From Candidatus Atabeyarchaeum deiterrae (GTDB lineage Archaea; Asgardarchaeota; Atabeyarchaeia; Atabeyarchaeales; Atabeyarchaeaceae): a DNA stretch of 64,000 bases. Position numbers and translations under genes: made by a program. The notes below the pieces were generated by a model, which saw only the letters and a list, made by a program, of their open reading frames with translations, ran no database searches and was not told the DNA's origin. Shown piece after piece: positions 1-9,690 of the stretch; position 1 is the first letter of the stretch, and each line of letters begins with the position of its first letter. The stretch covers positions 416,001 to 480,000 of the forward strand of contig CP147780.1 in the NCBI GenBank assembly GCA_037310415.1, in the 5' to 3' direction.

Positions 1-1
1 G

Positions 2-223
2 CGGGAAGATCTGCATGGAGAAGGAAGAAAAAAGATCCTCCTTGCAAGCAGCCCCGGCTACCACCCTAAGGAAAAGGGTGTGAGAAGAAGAAAAATGATA
101 AGAGGTAGCACCCTCACTCGTGAAATAGTCCAAGTAAACGCGAAAGTGACGAAAAAGGGAGAAAAAACGTTAGAAGAGATAATCGGTAGCAGTGGAGTTG
201 CGAAGAAGGAAGAGGAGAAGTAG
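2..223 (+). CDS. rps6e: 30S ribosomal protein S6e (5'-truncated by window edge)
   Basis: Manual translation REDLHGEGRKKILLASSPGYHPKEKGVRRRKMIRGS...TAG; S6e motif; usual position upstream of aIF2gamma. Confidence 0.9.
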   Translation, partial: REDLHGEGRKKILLASSPGYHPKEKGVRRRKMIRGSTLTREIVQVNAKVTKKGEKTLEEIIGSSGVAKKEEEK

Positions 224-273
224 TTTCATTCAGACTTCTTGATCAGAAGGATATCTTGTTGAGGTGACCAGAG

Positions 274-1551
274 ATTAAGAGAAGTGCCGATAAAGAGAGT
301 GATGAGGATATATCACGCCAGGCTGAAATCAACATAGGTACCACTGGTCATGTTGATCATGGCAAGACAACCCTTGTCAAGACTCTTTCAGGCGAGTGGA
401 CGATACGGCATTCAGAAGAACTCAGAAGAGGTGTCACCATAAAGTTAGGATATGCCGACGCAACCATAATGAAGTGTTCTAAATGCTCAGCGCCAGATTG
501 CTACACGACTGACGCAATCGCTGGAGGGAAATGCCCGCATTGCGGGGGAGATCTGGAAATCCTTCGCAAGGTCTCCTTTGTCGATTCCCCCGGTCATGAG
601 ATACTGATGGCAACCATGTTGTCAGGGGCGGCAATTATAGACGGAGCGGTTCTGGTGATTGCGGCGAATGAGCAATGTCCACAGCCCCAAACCAGAGAAC
701 ACCTCGTGGCCCTGAAAATAATCGGGATAAAGAACATCGTAGTCGTTCAGAACAAAATCGAGTTGATCCCAAAGGAGAAGGCATTGGAGAATTACAAACA
801 GATTACCCAGTTTATCAAGGGGATCATTTCGGATAGTGTACCTATCATACCCATATCAGCCATACATGGTGCTAACATCGACTATGTTATAAAAGCCATC
901 GAAGAGAGGATACCGACTCCAGAAAGAGACCTTAGCAGGTCTGTCCGAATGTTTGTGGCACGATCTTTCGACGTCAACAAGCCTGGAACCGAACCAAAAG
1001 ATCTGCTGGGAGGAGTAGTTGGAGGCTCCATAATTCAGGGGGTTCTGAAAGTCGACCAGGAAATCGAGATACGGCCAGGCGTAAAGGTAAGTGAAGGGGG
1101 GAAGGAGAGATATACGCCCATATTTACGAAGATCACAAGTCTCTCTGCAGGCAAACAGGTCAGAGTAACCGAAGCGACGCCAGGCGGTCTGATAGGTGTA
1201 GGAACACTCCTGGATCCATCTCTGACCAAGGCAGACGGACTTGTAGGGAACGTCCTCGGGAAGCCAGAGACATTACCGCCTATATGGGATCAGACTACAA
1301 TACACTTCTCGCTGATGGAAAGAGCAGTCGGAACCGTAGGACAAGAAATTGTAACCCCAATACGCACTAATGAGCTACTGATGCTCAATGTTGGCACCGC
1401 AACCACTGCCGGTCTAGTAACCAGTGCCAGAAGTGATGTGGCTGACATCAAGCTGAACAGGACGGTCTGCGCTGAGGAGAATTCGAGGGTCGCCATAAGC
1501 AGGAGGATTTCGGGTAGATGGAGATTGATCGGCTGGGGTAAGATCAGCTAA
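274..1551 (+). CDS. eif2g: Translation initiation factor 2 gamma subunit (probable ATT start)
   Basis: Frame of ORF 469..1551 is open upstream and encodes [18 protein letters not shown] (G1) and [15 protein letters not shown]; DSPGH and NKIE motifs; no in-frame ATG/GTG/TTG between stop at 265 and 469; SD GAGGTGA at 261-267. Confidence 0.9.
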   Translation: MKRSADKESDEDISRQAEINIGTTGHVDHGKTTLVKTLSGEWTIRHSEELRRGVTIKLGYADATIMKCSKCSAPDCYTTDAIAGGKCPHCGGDLEILRKVSFVDSPGHEILMATMLSGAAIIDGAVLVIAANEQCPQPQTREHLVALKIIGIKNIVVVQNKIELIPKEKALENYKQITQFIKGIISDSVPIIPISAIHGANIDYVIKAIEERIPTPERDLSRSVRMFVARSFDVNKPGTEPKDLLGGVVGGSIIQGVLKVDQEIEIRPGVKVSEGGKERYTPIFTKITSLSAGKQVRVTEATPGGLIGVGTLLDPSLTKADGLVGNVLGKPETLPPIWDQTTIHFSLMERAVGTVGQEIVTPIRTNELLMLNVGTATTAGLVTSARSDVADIKLNRTVCAEENSRVAISRRISGRWRLIGWGKIS

Positions 1552-1584
1552 CTGATCTAGCGACAGCCATGGAGCTACAGCCTC

Positions 1585-2073
1585 ATGTCAAGAAAAGAGA
1601 CAGAGCATAGTTGGCCGATTGTGTTATTCGATTCAAGTATACTAATAAGCTTACCTGAGTGTAACATAGATCTGACAACCGAAATAGAAAGAGTCTTGAC
1701 TGTAAGGTTTATACCAACAGTCCTCTCTGGAACATTGTCGGAGCTTCGGGATGTTCTGTCACGCTCGAAAGGAGAGAAAAGAAAGAAGAAGTTGGTGCTG
1801 GCTCTGAAGGTTGCCGAGAGATTCAAGAAACTAGACTATGATTCCGTAAACAACGAAGAAATGGATGATGTAATTGTCAGAGCCGCAAAGGAGATCAATG
1901 CGGTTGTAGCAACTGATGATGGTAGATTACGTAGGACTCTGGTCAGGACAGGCGTACCGGTACTGTTTGTAAGGGAGAAATCTCATTTAGAAATGGAAGG
2001 CTATCTGAACGACTCGGGATATAGTCTAACAGATGAATCTGGTCCTTATGATTACTGGAGAAACCGCGATTAA
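1585..2073 (+). CDS. PIN-domain nuclease (Fcf1/Utp24-like)
   Basis: VLFDSS, DDVIV and VATDD acidic PIN motifs; conserved position between eif2g and rpoE. Confidence 0.8.
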   Translation: MSRKETEHSWPIVLFDSSILISLPECNIDLTTEIERVLTVRFIPTVLSGTLSELRDVLSRSKGEKRKKKLVLALKVAERFKKLDYDSVNNEEMDDVIVRAAKEINAVVATDDGRLRRTLVRTGVPVLFVREKSHLEMEGYLNDSGYSLTDESGPYDYWRNRD

Positions 2074-2109
2074 GAGAATCCTATGACCATTTTGGAGGAA
2101 AGAACCGCT

Positions 2110-2796
2110 ATGTACAAGGTAGTAACCGTCAGAGACATTATTAGGATACCTCCCAACCGTCTCGGAGAGGATATTGCCAAAGTGGCAACGGATATGTTGG
2201 TCAAAGACTACGGTGGGATATCTGACCCTGACATAGGATTTGTGATAAGCATCGTTGATGTCATCGATGTAGGAATTGGAAAGCTGATACCAGGAGACGG
2301 TGGAGCTTACCACAATGTCACCTTTAAGGTACTCACTTTCAAGCCTCAAGTACAAGAAGTACTGGAAGGAGAAGTCGTGGAGATTGTTGAGTTTGGCGCG
2401 TTCATAAGGTTGGGACCGACTGACGGACTCTGCCACGTAAGCCAAGTGACTGATGACTTCATATCATACAACATGAAAAAATCTCAGCTATTCGCAAAGG
2501 ACTCAAAGAAGATATTAAGCGAAGGAGATAAGGTCCGAGTCAGGATCATCGCTATTTCGCTCGGCGAGGGCAGCAGACGAGGAAAGATCGGTCTCACAAT
2601 GAGACAACCATTCTTAGGAAGAATCGATTGGTTCCAGAAAGAGGAGAAGGGAGAGAAAGAAGAGAAAGAAACCAAGAAACCGACGGAAGAAGAGAAGGAA
2701 CAGAAGGAAGAGAAAGAGAAGAAAAAGAAGACTAAGGAAAAAGAAGAAGCGAAGGAGAAGGAGCAAGTCGAAGAATCTAAGCAACCAAGCGAATAG
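2110..2796 (+). CDS. rpoE1: RNA polymerase subunit E' (Rpo7) with E/K-rich C-terminal tail
   Basis: IRIPP, GDGGAY, S1 domain VEFGAFIRLGPTDGLCHVSQ, IGLTMRQPFLG. Confidence 0.93.
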   Translation: MYKVVTVRDIIRIPPNRLGEDIAKVATDMLVKDYGGISDPDIGFVISIVDVIDVGIGKLIPGDGGAYHNVTFKVLTFKPQVQEVLEGEVVEIVEFGAFIRLGPTDGLCHVSQVTDDFISYNMKKSQLFAKDSKKILSEGDKVRVRIIAISLGEGSRRGKIGLTMRQPFLGRIDWFQKEEKGEKEEKETKKPTEEEKEQKEEKEKKKKTKEKEEAKEKEQVEESKQPSE

Positions 2797-2876
2797 AGTG
2801 AGACTTCACCGAAATGTTTAAGGGTTTCTTTATTTTAGTCTGCGAACAAGAATTCTAAGGAGAACACAGATCATCA

Positions 2877-3071
2877 ATGAAAGGAAAAGCTTGCAGAAAC
2901 TGTCATCTGATTGCAAGTAGAAGCAGCAGACAGTCATGCGAAGGATGCAAGTCTTCTGACTTCTCCACAGACTATCAAGGCTTCGTCATAGTGATGGATC
3001 CAAATGGATCTACGGTGGCTGGGAAACTTGGTGTAACGAGGAAAGGATGGTATGCCATCAAGGTTAGGTAA
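2877..3071 (+). CDS. spt4: Transcription elongation factor Spt4 (RpoE'')
   Basis: KACRNC...CEGC zinc ribbon, YAIKVR end. Confidence 0.9.
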   Translation: MKGKACRNCHLIASRSSRQSCEGCKSSDFSTDYQGFVIVMDPNGSTVAGKLGVTRKGWYAIKVR

Positions 3072-3594
3072 CAAGACACTAAGGCTACCCAAAGAGCTCA
3101 GAGATGAACTGAGCAAGCCACGCGGAACCCTAATAAAGGGAAAGGAGCATGAAGCCGCAACCAAGGCCGCTGAATTCGTAAAGAAATCAAGACCACCTAA
3201 GCTTATAACCGTAGGAGACATTGTGACCCGCAGTATGATCTGGGCCGGAGTAAAACCAGATCTTTCAATCATAGACGGGAAAACATTGAGAGGCCCCGAA
3301 CAAAAAGTGGAGTATGATACTGAAAAGAAATACACACTAGTGAACCCCGCGGAGTTGATAACCGCAACCGCATGGAAAGTTATCAACAAGGCACTCAAAG
3401 AAAGCAAAAGGACTCTGATAGTTGTAGAAGGAGAAGAAGACCTACTTGGCATTCCCGTAACATTACTCGCCCCCCTAGGTAGCCTGCTGCTATACGGACA
3501 ACCAAATGAGGGCGTCGTAATCGTGACCGTGAATGATGAAATCAAAGAGTTTGCCAATAGCGTGTTGAGCCGAATGGAGGAAGAGACAACATGA
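3052..3594 (+). CDS. DUF359 GTP-dependent dephospho-CoA kinase
   Basis: TVGDIV, IIDGKTLR, NPA, GEEDL and LYGQP motifs; synteny. Confidence 0.85.
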   Translation: MPSRLGNKTLRLPKELRDELSKPRGTLIKGKEHEAATKAAEFVKKSRPPKLITVGDIVTRSMIWAGVKPDLSIIDGKTLRGPEQKVEYDTEKKYTLVNPAELITATAWKVINKALKESKRTLIVVEGEEDLLGIPVTLLAPLGSLLLYGQPNEGVVIVTVNDEIKEFANSVLSRMEEETT

Positions 3595-3971
3595 GCTTCC
3601 AAATCGAAGTAATATCAGATCAAGAGGACAAACTTATCGAAAGAAGACGGATCAGTTTCAAGGTCACACACCAGAAAACCGCAACACCCAAACGTGTCGA
3701 AATCAGAAAAAAACTGGCTGAGACACTCAGAGTTGAGCCAGAAGCTGTCTTCCTAAGACCACTGCAGCAAAAGTATGGAAGAAATGAAGCGAACGGAACC
3801 GCCTTGATATATAAGTCCGCAGAACGGGCAAAACTAATTGAACCAGAGCATCTCATTAGCCGACTGAAGCCAAAGCAGGAAAAGAAAGAGGAACAGCAGG
3901 AGCAGAAGAAGCCAGAGAAGAAAGAGGAGAAGAAGGAAGAGAAGAAACAAGAGAAGAAAGAGGAGAAGTGA
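3591..3971 (+). CDS. rps24e: 30S ribosomal protein S24e
   Basis: LIERRRI, TPKR and YG motifs; K/E-rich tail. Confidence 0.88.
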   Translation: MSFQIEVISDQEDKLIERRRISFKVTHQKTATPKRVEIRKKLAETLRVEPEAVFLRPLQQKYGRNEANGTALIYKSAERAKLIEPEHLISRLKPKQEKKEEQQEQKKPEKKEEKKEEKKQEKKEEK

Positions 3972-3972
3972 G

Positions 3973-4200
3973 ATGTCAGCGGAACAACCAAAAGGCAAGA
4001 CCTCACCTGAACAGCCAAAAAAGAAGGAGAAGAAGAGCACTATAGTACCATCCTATTACAGGATCTCTGCAGAAGGCACCTTGCAGAGGAAACTGAAATC
4101 CTGCCCCAGATGCGGCCCCGGAACCTTCTTAGCCGAACACTACGACCGCTTCTCGTGCGGCAAGTGCGGATACGCCGAATTCCGCAAGAAGAGTAGTTGA
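3973..4200 (+). CDS. rps27ae: 30S ribosomal protein S27ae
   Basis: [24 protein letters not shown]. Confidence 0.93.
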   Translation: MSAEQPKGKTSPEQPKKKEKKSTIVPSYYRISAEGTLQRKLKSCPRCGPGTFLAEHYDRFSCGKCGYAEFRKKSS

Positions 4201-4429
4201 TTTTATTGATCTGAGCGGTTTCGTTGTTCGAATCGGCTCCATCTCATTCTGTAGGGTTTTTTGGGTATAGTTTGCTACCTCAAGCCTGGGACCAGTGCGC
4301 GTTCGGTCGGAGGTTGTAGTCAAACGACGGCTTGGGAAAGCTAATTAATGGTCCAAGCTGAGGTGTAGTTCAAGAGAAAAAGACGCGCGTTTCGAAACTG
4401 CAACTGGACCGTGTTGTGGATGGACTCTT

Positions 4430-5452
4430 ATGTCGGGACCATCTAAGCCTTTGATTTGCCTTGGTATTGAGGGTACTGCTCATACGATTGGGGTTGGAAT
4501 CGTAGAAGGCGATGGAAAGGTTCTAGCCAACAAGCGGAGCGAGTATGTTCCGAAGAATGGAGGAATACACCCTCGGGAGGCAGCTGAACATCATGCAGAT
4601 GCTGTACCTAAGCTGATAGCAGAAGCACTCAGCGTTGCGAAGCTGAGCGTAAACAAAGTTGACGTGGTATCGTTTTCAATGGGTCCAGGACTAGGACCTT
4701 GTCTTCGAGTTGTTGCAGTAGCCGCAAGAACGCTTGCATGCCTACTAGGAAAACCCCTTGTTGGTGTCAACCACTGTCTAGCACACATTGAAGTGGGTAA
4801 GTTAGTTACGGGGGCGAGGAACCCATTGGCGTTATATGTTAGCGGTGGCAACACAATGGTCGCAGCTTTTGAATCAGGGCGCTACAGGGTTTTTGGGGAG
4901 ACACTTGATATTGCTGCTGGGAACATGTTAGATGTTTTTGCAAGAGAAGCTGGGTTGGCACATCCTGGGGGGCCCAAGATCGAGCAACTTGCTGCAAGGG
5001 GGAGGAACTTCGTAAGTTTGCCTTACACCGTCAAAGGAATGGATCTCTCTTTCTCAGGTTTGTTGACTGCAGCTACTGGTATCTTGAATGGGGGCAAGCG
5101 ACGCCTAGAAGATATATGTTACAGTCTTCAGGAAGTGGCATTTTCCATGCTTTCAGAGGTCACAGAGAGGGCTTTGGCGCATACTGAGAGAAAGGAGGTA
5201 TTGTTGACTGGTGGTGTCGCCGCGAATAGAAGGTTGCAAGAAATGATCTCGATGATCTCAAAGGAGCATTCAGCGCAATTTTACGCAGTTCCATTTGAGT
5301 ATGCCGGCGACAATGGGGCTATGATAGCTTGGACAGGATTGAAATCTTGCAAGGCTGGGATAACTGTCAAAGTGGAAGAGAGTTTCGTTGAGCCAAAGTG
5401 GCGTCTTGACGATATTGAGATTGCTTGGGGGGTTGTTGATGGAGACGCATGA
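4430..5452 (+). CDS. kae1: KEOPS tRNA t6A transferase Kae1
   Basis: LGIEGTAHT, GIHPREAAEHH, GVNHCLAHIE, YVSGGNT, DNGAMIA. Confidence 0.95.
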   Translation: MSGPSKPLICLGIEGTAHTIGVGIVEGDGKVLANKRSEYVPKNGGIHPREAAEHHADAVPKLIAEALSVAKLSVNKVDVVSFSMGPGLGPCLRVVAVAARTLACLLGKPLVGVNHCLAHIEVGKLVTGARNPLALYVSGGNTMVAAFESGRYRVFGETLDIAAGNMLDVFAREAGLAHPGGPKIEQLAARGRNFVSLPYTVKGMDLSFSGLLTAATGILNGGKRRLEDICYSLQEVAFSMLSEVTERALAHTERKEVLLTGGVAANRRLQEMISMISKEHSAQFYAVPFEYAGDNGAMIAWTGLKSCKAGITVKVEESFVEPKWRLDDIEIAWGVVDGDA

Positions 5453-6098
5453 TGTTCTCCCATTCAAAAAAGGAGCTGAGGCTTACCTGTTCAAGGAAGA
5501 ATGGTACGGCGTGGATGTCGTAAGGAAACGCAGAGCCCCCAAAGAATACAGGGTTCCCGAACTTGACCGTGAAATCAGAAGAGCCAGAACAGCATCGGAA
5601 GCACGTTTGATGTTTGAAGCATGTAGAGTCGGGGTTCCAACCCCGAGCTTGTATTTCGTCAGTTTGGAGGACTCAACGATAGTAATGCAGTTCGTTGAAG
5701 GAGAGAAAGTGAAGGATATACTGGATTCTCTTGGGGATGAGGAACGAAGGAAAGTCTGCTGTACTATCGGGCAACAAATCGCTATGCTTCATAAAAGCGA
5801 CATAGTCCATGGTGACTTGACCACTTCAAATATGGTCTTGACAAAGTCAGGCAAAGTATTCTTCATTGACTTCGGACTTGGGGAGTTCTCTTCATCCGTC
5901 GAAGATAAGGGTGTTGACTTGCATCTGATGCGAAGGGCTCTGCAGAGTGCCCACTACAAACACTCTGTTGATTGCTTTGGATCGATCCTCGAAGGATACA
6001 GAGCTACTCTTGGAGAAAGTCAAACCGAGGAAATCCTTCGGAGAATTCGCGAGATCGAGTTAAGAGGTAGGTATTTCAAACGTACAAGCAATAAGTGA
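5439..6098 (+). CDS. bud32: KEOPS kinase Bud32
   Basis: KGAEA, HGDLTTSN, IDFGL, RGRY C-terminus. Confidence 0.93.
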   Translation: METHDVLPFKKGAEAYLFKEEWYGVDVVRKRRAPKEYRVPELDREIRRARTASEARLMFEACRVGVPTPSLYFVSLEDSTIVMQFVEGEKVKDILDSLGDEERRKVCCTIGQQIAMLHKSDIVHGDLTTSNMVLTKSGKVFFIDFGLGEFSSSVEDKGVDLHLMRRALQSAHYKHSVDCFGSILEGYRATLGESQTEEILRRIREIELRGRYFKRTSNK

Positions 6099-6697
6099 AG
6101 CAACAAGAGGAATACCATACAATGCAAACGAGTCTGATTGAGATCAACTTCGCGTCGAAGAACCCACACAAGATAGCTGAAGCCACTGGAGTATTAAGGA
6201 ACTTTGGCATCAAAGTAAATCCAATTAGTTCTAAGGTCCGAGAGATCCAAGCCAGTAGTTTGAAGGACGTTGCCGCTGATTCTGCTAGAACTACTGCCGA
6301 CAAGATAGGCAGGAATGTTGTAGTTGAAGACGCTGGTCTGTTTATAGATTGGCTGAAGGGTTTCCCCGGGCCATACTCTTCGTATACCCATCAAACCATC
6401 GGATGCAAAGGAATATTGAGGTTGCTGAAAGACATTTCCAAGAGGAGTGCGTTATTCAGATCTGCAGTCTCATATTGCGAACCCAACCGTGAGCCCAAAG
6501 TATTTATCGGAGAGATACGAGGGAAGATCTCGATATCGGAAAGAAGTGGAATACAATTTGGCTTCGACCCGATTTTCGTGCCAAATGGATCTACACGGAA
6601 GGCTTTCTCGGAGATGAGTCTTGAGCAGAAGAATAGTATTTCACATCGATCCCAAGCCTTCACCAAGTTTGCGGTATGGTTTCTGAAAGAGAGATAG
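6095..6697 (+). CDS. XTP/dITP pyrophosphatase (RdgB/HAM1 family)
   Basis: SKNPHK, EDAGL, GFPGPYS, FGFDPIF, SHR. Confidence 0.9.
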   Translation: MKQQEEYHTMQTSLIEINFASKNPHKIAEATGVLRNFGIKVNPISSKVREIQASSLKDVAADSARTTADKIGRNVVVEDAGLFIDWLKGFPGPYSSYTHQTIGCKGILRLLKDISKRSALFRSAVSYCEPNREPKVFIGEIRGKISISERSGIQFGFDPIFVPNGSTRKAFSEMSLEQKNSISHRSQAFTKFAVWFLKER

Positions 6698-6858
6698 CTT
6701 TTGATACATCCTACGAATTTGTCGATGCAAAAGAACCCTTTCTTCAAGACCGAAAAGGTTTATAAAAAAACGCATTTAATCCTACTCAACAAGTGAGCTG
6801 CAAAATCCGAGAAGAATACTAGACATTCATGAGACGCTATAAAGACTGGTGATTAAGA

Positions 6859-7314
6859 TTGGCTAGAATGCATAGCAGGGCGCACGGAAAATCTGAGTCA
6901 AAGAGGCCTATAAGAACTAAGGCCCCAGAGTGGGTCAAAATAGGATCAGAGGCAATCACCGACAAGATCGTTGAACTAGCTAGAAAAGGCGTTTCCCAAT
7001 CAATGATAGGGATGATTTTGCGAGACCAATACGGTATTCCCCTCACAAAGCAGACAATAGGCAAGAAAATATCGGAGATACTCAGGGAGCATGACGTCGC
7101 GCCACCGCTTCCACAGGACTTGTTTGACTTAGTGAGGACTGCAGTGAATCTCAGGAGGCACCTCGAGAACTATAAGAAGGATCTGCACGGCAAGCAAGGA
7201 TTGCAGAGGATCGAAAGCAAGATTCATCATTTGTCTGGTTACTATATTAAAGAGGGAGTACTTCCGAAGGATTGGAAATATGTTCCTGAAAAGATGGTCT
7301 TGCTAGTCAGGTAG
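6859..7314 (+). CDS. rps15: 30S ribosomal protein S15/S13e
   Basis: MARMHSRAHGKS, ILRDQYGIP, IESKI. Confidence 0.95.
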   Translation: MARMHSRAHGKSESKRPIRTKAPEWVKIGSEAITDKIVELARKGVSQSMIGMILRDQYGIPLTKQTIGKKISEILREHDVAPPLPQDLFDLVRTAVNLRRHLENYKKDLHGKQGLQRIESKIHHLSGYYIKEGVLPKDWKYVPEKMVLLVR

Positions 7315-7515
7315 AGAGGTTACACCTTACTCTTTCTTCCCCATAGTTTGCTCAGAGACTCCGATTTCTCCTTCATGCCGCGATGTTCTCATTGTGGAGA
7401 TGTGACTTTATAATTGTGATTAGTAACCTCATTATATGATGAAACACTGAGCGTTCTGGTAGGTTCATGGAACGAGTTCCAAGATTTGCACAAATGGTGG
7501 CAACTGGTGAATCAA

Positions 7516-8961
7516 ATGGAACAACATGATTACGAGAAGTTCAAGGCGAAGATAAACGATGCTGCTTCGAAACTACTGAACGAAGCACGAGAGAACACAA
7601 AGATACGAGTAATATCTCATCTTGACGCAGATGGTCTGTCCGCCGCGGGAATCATGTGTTCCGCACTGCATAGGCTTGGGGCAAGATTCCACTTGAGAAT
7701 TCTGAGGCAGCTAAGAAGAAAGAAGATTGAGGAATTGGCAGATGAGATGGAAAAAGATTATGTTTTCCTTGACCTTGGAAGTGGACAGATCGACCACATG
7801 ACTGAATATATGACCAAATCAAGAGTATTCATATTCGATCACCATCCTCCAAAAGCCCTTGGTTCTCCCCTCTTTGTACACGTAAATCCTCATTTTTATG
7901 GCATTGACGGAGCAAATGAGATCAGCGCGGCGGGCATAGCTTACCTCGTTGCGAACGCCATGAGTCCAAGCAATGGCGACTTATCTGCACTCGCTGTCGT
8001 CGGTGCTATTGGAGACCAACAGGACAAGGGTGAACAGCGTTCTGTAACTTCTTTGAATGCTGAGATAGTCAAAGATGGAGAGAAAGCTTCCGTAATCGAG
8101 GCGACCAAAGACATCAGATTGTTCGGAAGAGAAACCCGTCCAATACACACTACGCTAGAATACACAACGGAACCATATATCCCAGGTCTTACTGGCAATG
8201 GAGATGCTTGCGCGAAATTCATTTTGAACCTTGGCATCCAACTGAAGGATGGAGAAAACTGGAGAACCATATCATCACTAACCCAAGAAGAGAAAACAAG
8301 GCTAGTATCAGAACTTGTGAGGAGAATGATCTCAAGAGGGATGGACTCCAAGGATGCTGAGAGTATAATCGGAACTGTCTACAATTTAACAAGGGAGGAC
8401 AAAGGCACCTCCCTTCACGATGCCAGAGAATACTCTTCCTTGCTTAACGCCTGCGGTAGGATGGGTTTTCCTGGACTCGGGGTTGCTGTATGCATGTCTG
8501 ACAGGGGAGAGATCTTGAAAGAAGCACAGAATGTGCTATCGCAGTACCGACGGAAGCTTGCGGAATACCTAGAATTGTTGGAGAGACCTAATTTTGTCAA
8601 GGAAACAGAGCATCTCCAGTATTTCAACGGAGAGAGCCTTATGGATGACAGGATGATAGGGCCAGTTACCTCGATAGCAATATCCTCCCGTATGCTGAAG
8701 GCTGATAGACCCGTCGTGGCACTTGCATACTCTGAAGATAACCTGACAAAGGTATCCATCCGAGCAACTGATGACTTGGTCAGAAAAGGAATCGATTTAG
8801 GCAATGCGATACAAGAAGCAATTCAGCAGATTGAAGGAGAGGTAGAAGGAGGAGGGCACAACATAGCGGCAGGAGCATTCATAACCAAGGGAAGCGAGGA
8901 AGTGTTCTTGGTCAGATTGGAAGATGCAATCAAAAGACAGCTGGAGAAGAAGGGATCCTAA
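7516..8961 (+). CDS. RecJ/Cdc45-like DHH phosphoesterase
   Basis: SHLDADG, DLGSG, DHH, LNACGR, GGGH; usual position between rps15 and rps3ae. Confidence 0.88.
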   Translation: MEQHDYEKFKAKINDAASKLLNEARENTKIRVISHLDADGLSAAGIMCSALHRLGARFHLRILRQLRRKKIEELADEMEKDYVFLDLGSGQIDHMTEYMTKSRVFIFDHHPPKALGSPLFVHVNPHFYGIDGANEISAAGIAYLVANAMSPSNGDLSALAVVGAIGDQQDKGEQRSVTSLNAEIVKDGEKASVIEATKDIRLFGRETRPIHTTLEYTTEPYIPGLTGNGDACAKFILNLGIQLKDGENWRTISSLTQEEKTRLVSELVRRMISRGMDSKDAESIIGTVYNLTREDKGTSLHDAREYSSLLNACGRMGFPGLGVAVCMSDRGEILKEAQNVLSQYRRKLAEYLELLERPNFVKETEHLQYFNGESLMDDRMIGPVTSIAISSRMLKADRPVVALAYSEDNLTKVSIRATDDLVRKGIDLGNAIQEAIQQIEGEVEGGGHNIAAGAFITKGSEEVFLVRLEDAIKRQLEKKGS

Positions 8962-9097
8962 GCACTGAATCTTCTGTTTTTTCGCTCAAGACTATCCCAA
9001 AAGAGTTAAATCCTTTTCATATCATCATTTTTCAAAACCGCAGAGTACCCAAAAAAGCGCTTTTGCGTTACTCTTTTGTACCAGGAGGATTAACAGC

Positions 9098-9664
9098 TTG
9101 TCAACTTGGAGAACTAAGACTTGGTTCACAGTTGTTGCTCCGTCTTACTTCGGAAATGTCGAGATAGGCCTTACTCCGGCCAGCTCCGACGAGAAACTCA
9201 TTGGCCGCCTAATAGAAACCTCATTATATGACCTCACAGGCGATTTCTCTCTAGCCCATGTAAAGTTGTATTTTCGGATAAAGGACGTCAAGGGAAGCAA
9301 GGCGCTGACGACGTTTAAGGGACATGATTTTGCACGCGACTATCTTAGGAGTCTAGTCAGACGAGGAAGTAGCCGAATAGGCGGCATCTTTCAAGTGACC
9401 ACAAAAGACGGATATACATTAATGGTAACAGATATCGCATTCTCTGTTGGAAGAGCAAGAACCAGCCAGAAAAAGATCGTCCGAGACATAATGAAGAACG
9501 TTACAGCGAGAAAAGCCAAGGAACTGAACTTCGAAGGCTTCGTACAAGAGGCTGTCCTAGGCAAGATAGGGTCAGAAATCTATAACGAAGCAAAGAGAAC
9601 CCTTCCCCTCCGGAAATGTGAAATAGTGAAAACCCGCCTCATGAAGGAACCCGCGGCAGCCTAG
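9098..9664 (+). CDS. rps3ae: 30S ribosomal protein S3Ae
   Basis: WFTVVAP, DLTGD, RDYLRSLVRRGSSRI, PLRKCEI. Confidence 0.93.
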   Translation: MSTWRTKTWFTVVAPSYFGNVEIGLTPASSDEKLIGRLIETSLYDLTGDFSLAHVKLYFRIKDVKGSKALTTFKGHDFARDYLRSLVRRGSSRIGGIFQVTTKDGYTLMVTDIAFSVGRARTSQKKIVRDIMKNVTARKAKELNFEGFVQEAVLGKIGSEIYNEAKRTLPLRKCEIVKTRLMKEPAAA

Positions 9665-9690
9665 TAGCATGTAAGTGCGCTCATGCGAGC

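Noticed and set aside
256-267. TTG-TTG-AGG-TGA read-through as selenocysteine in aIF2gamma
   Set aside because: The TGA is part of the SD sequence, there is no Cys/Sec context and no SECIS-like element was seen
2640-2790. Purine-rich repeats at the ends of rpoE1 and rps24e (also 3875-3968)
   Set aside because: Low-complexity Glu/Lys protein tails, not DNA repeat elements
7436-7452. ATGATGA...CTGA as a box C/D sRNA
   Set aside because: Only 4 nt separate the boxes, with no second box pair or identifiable guide
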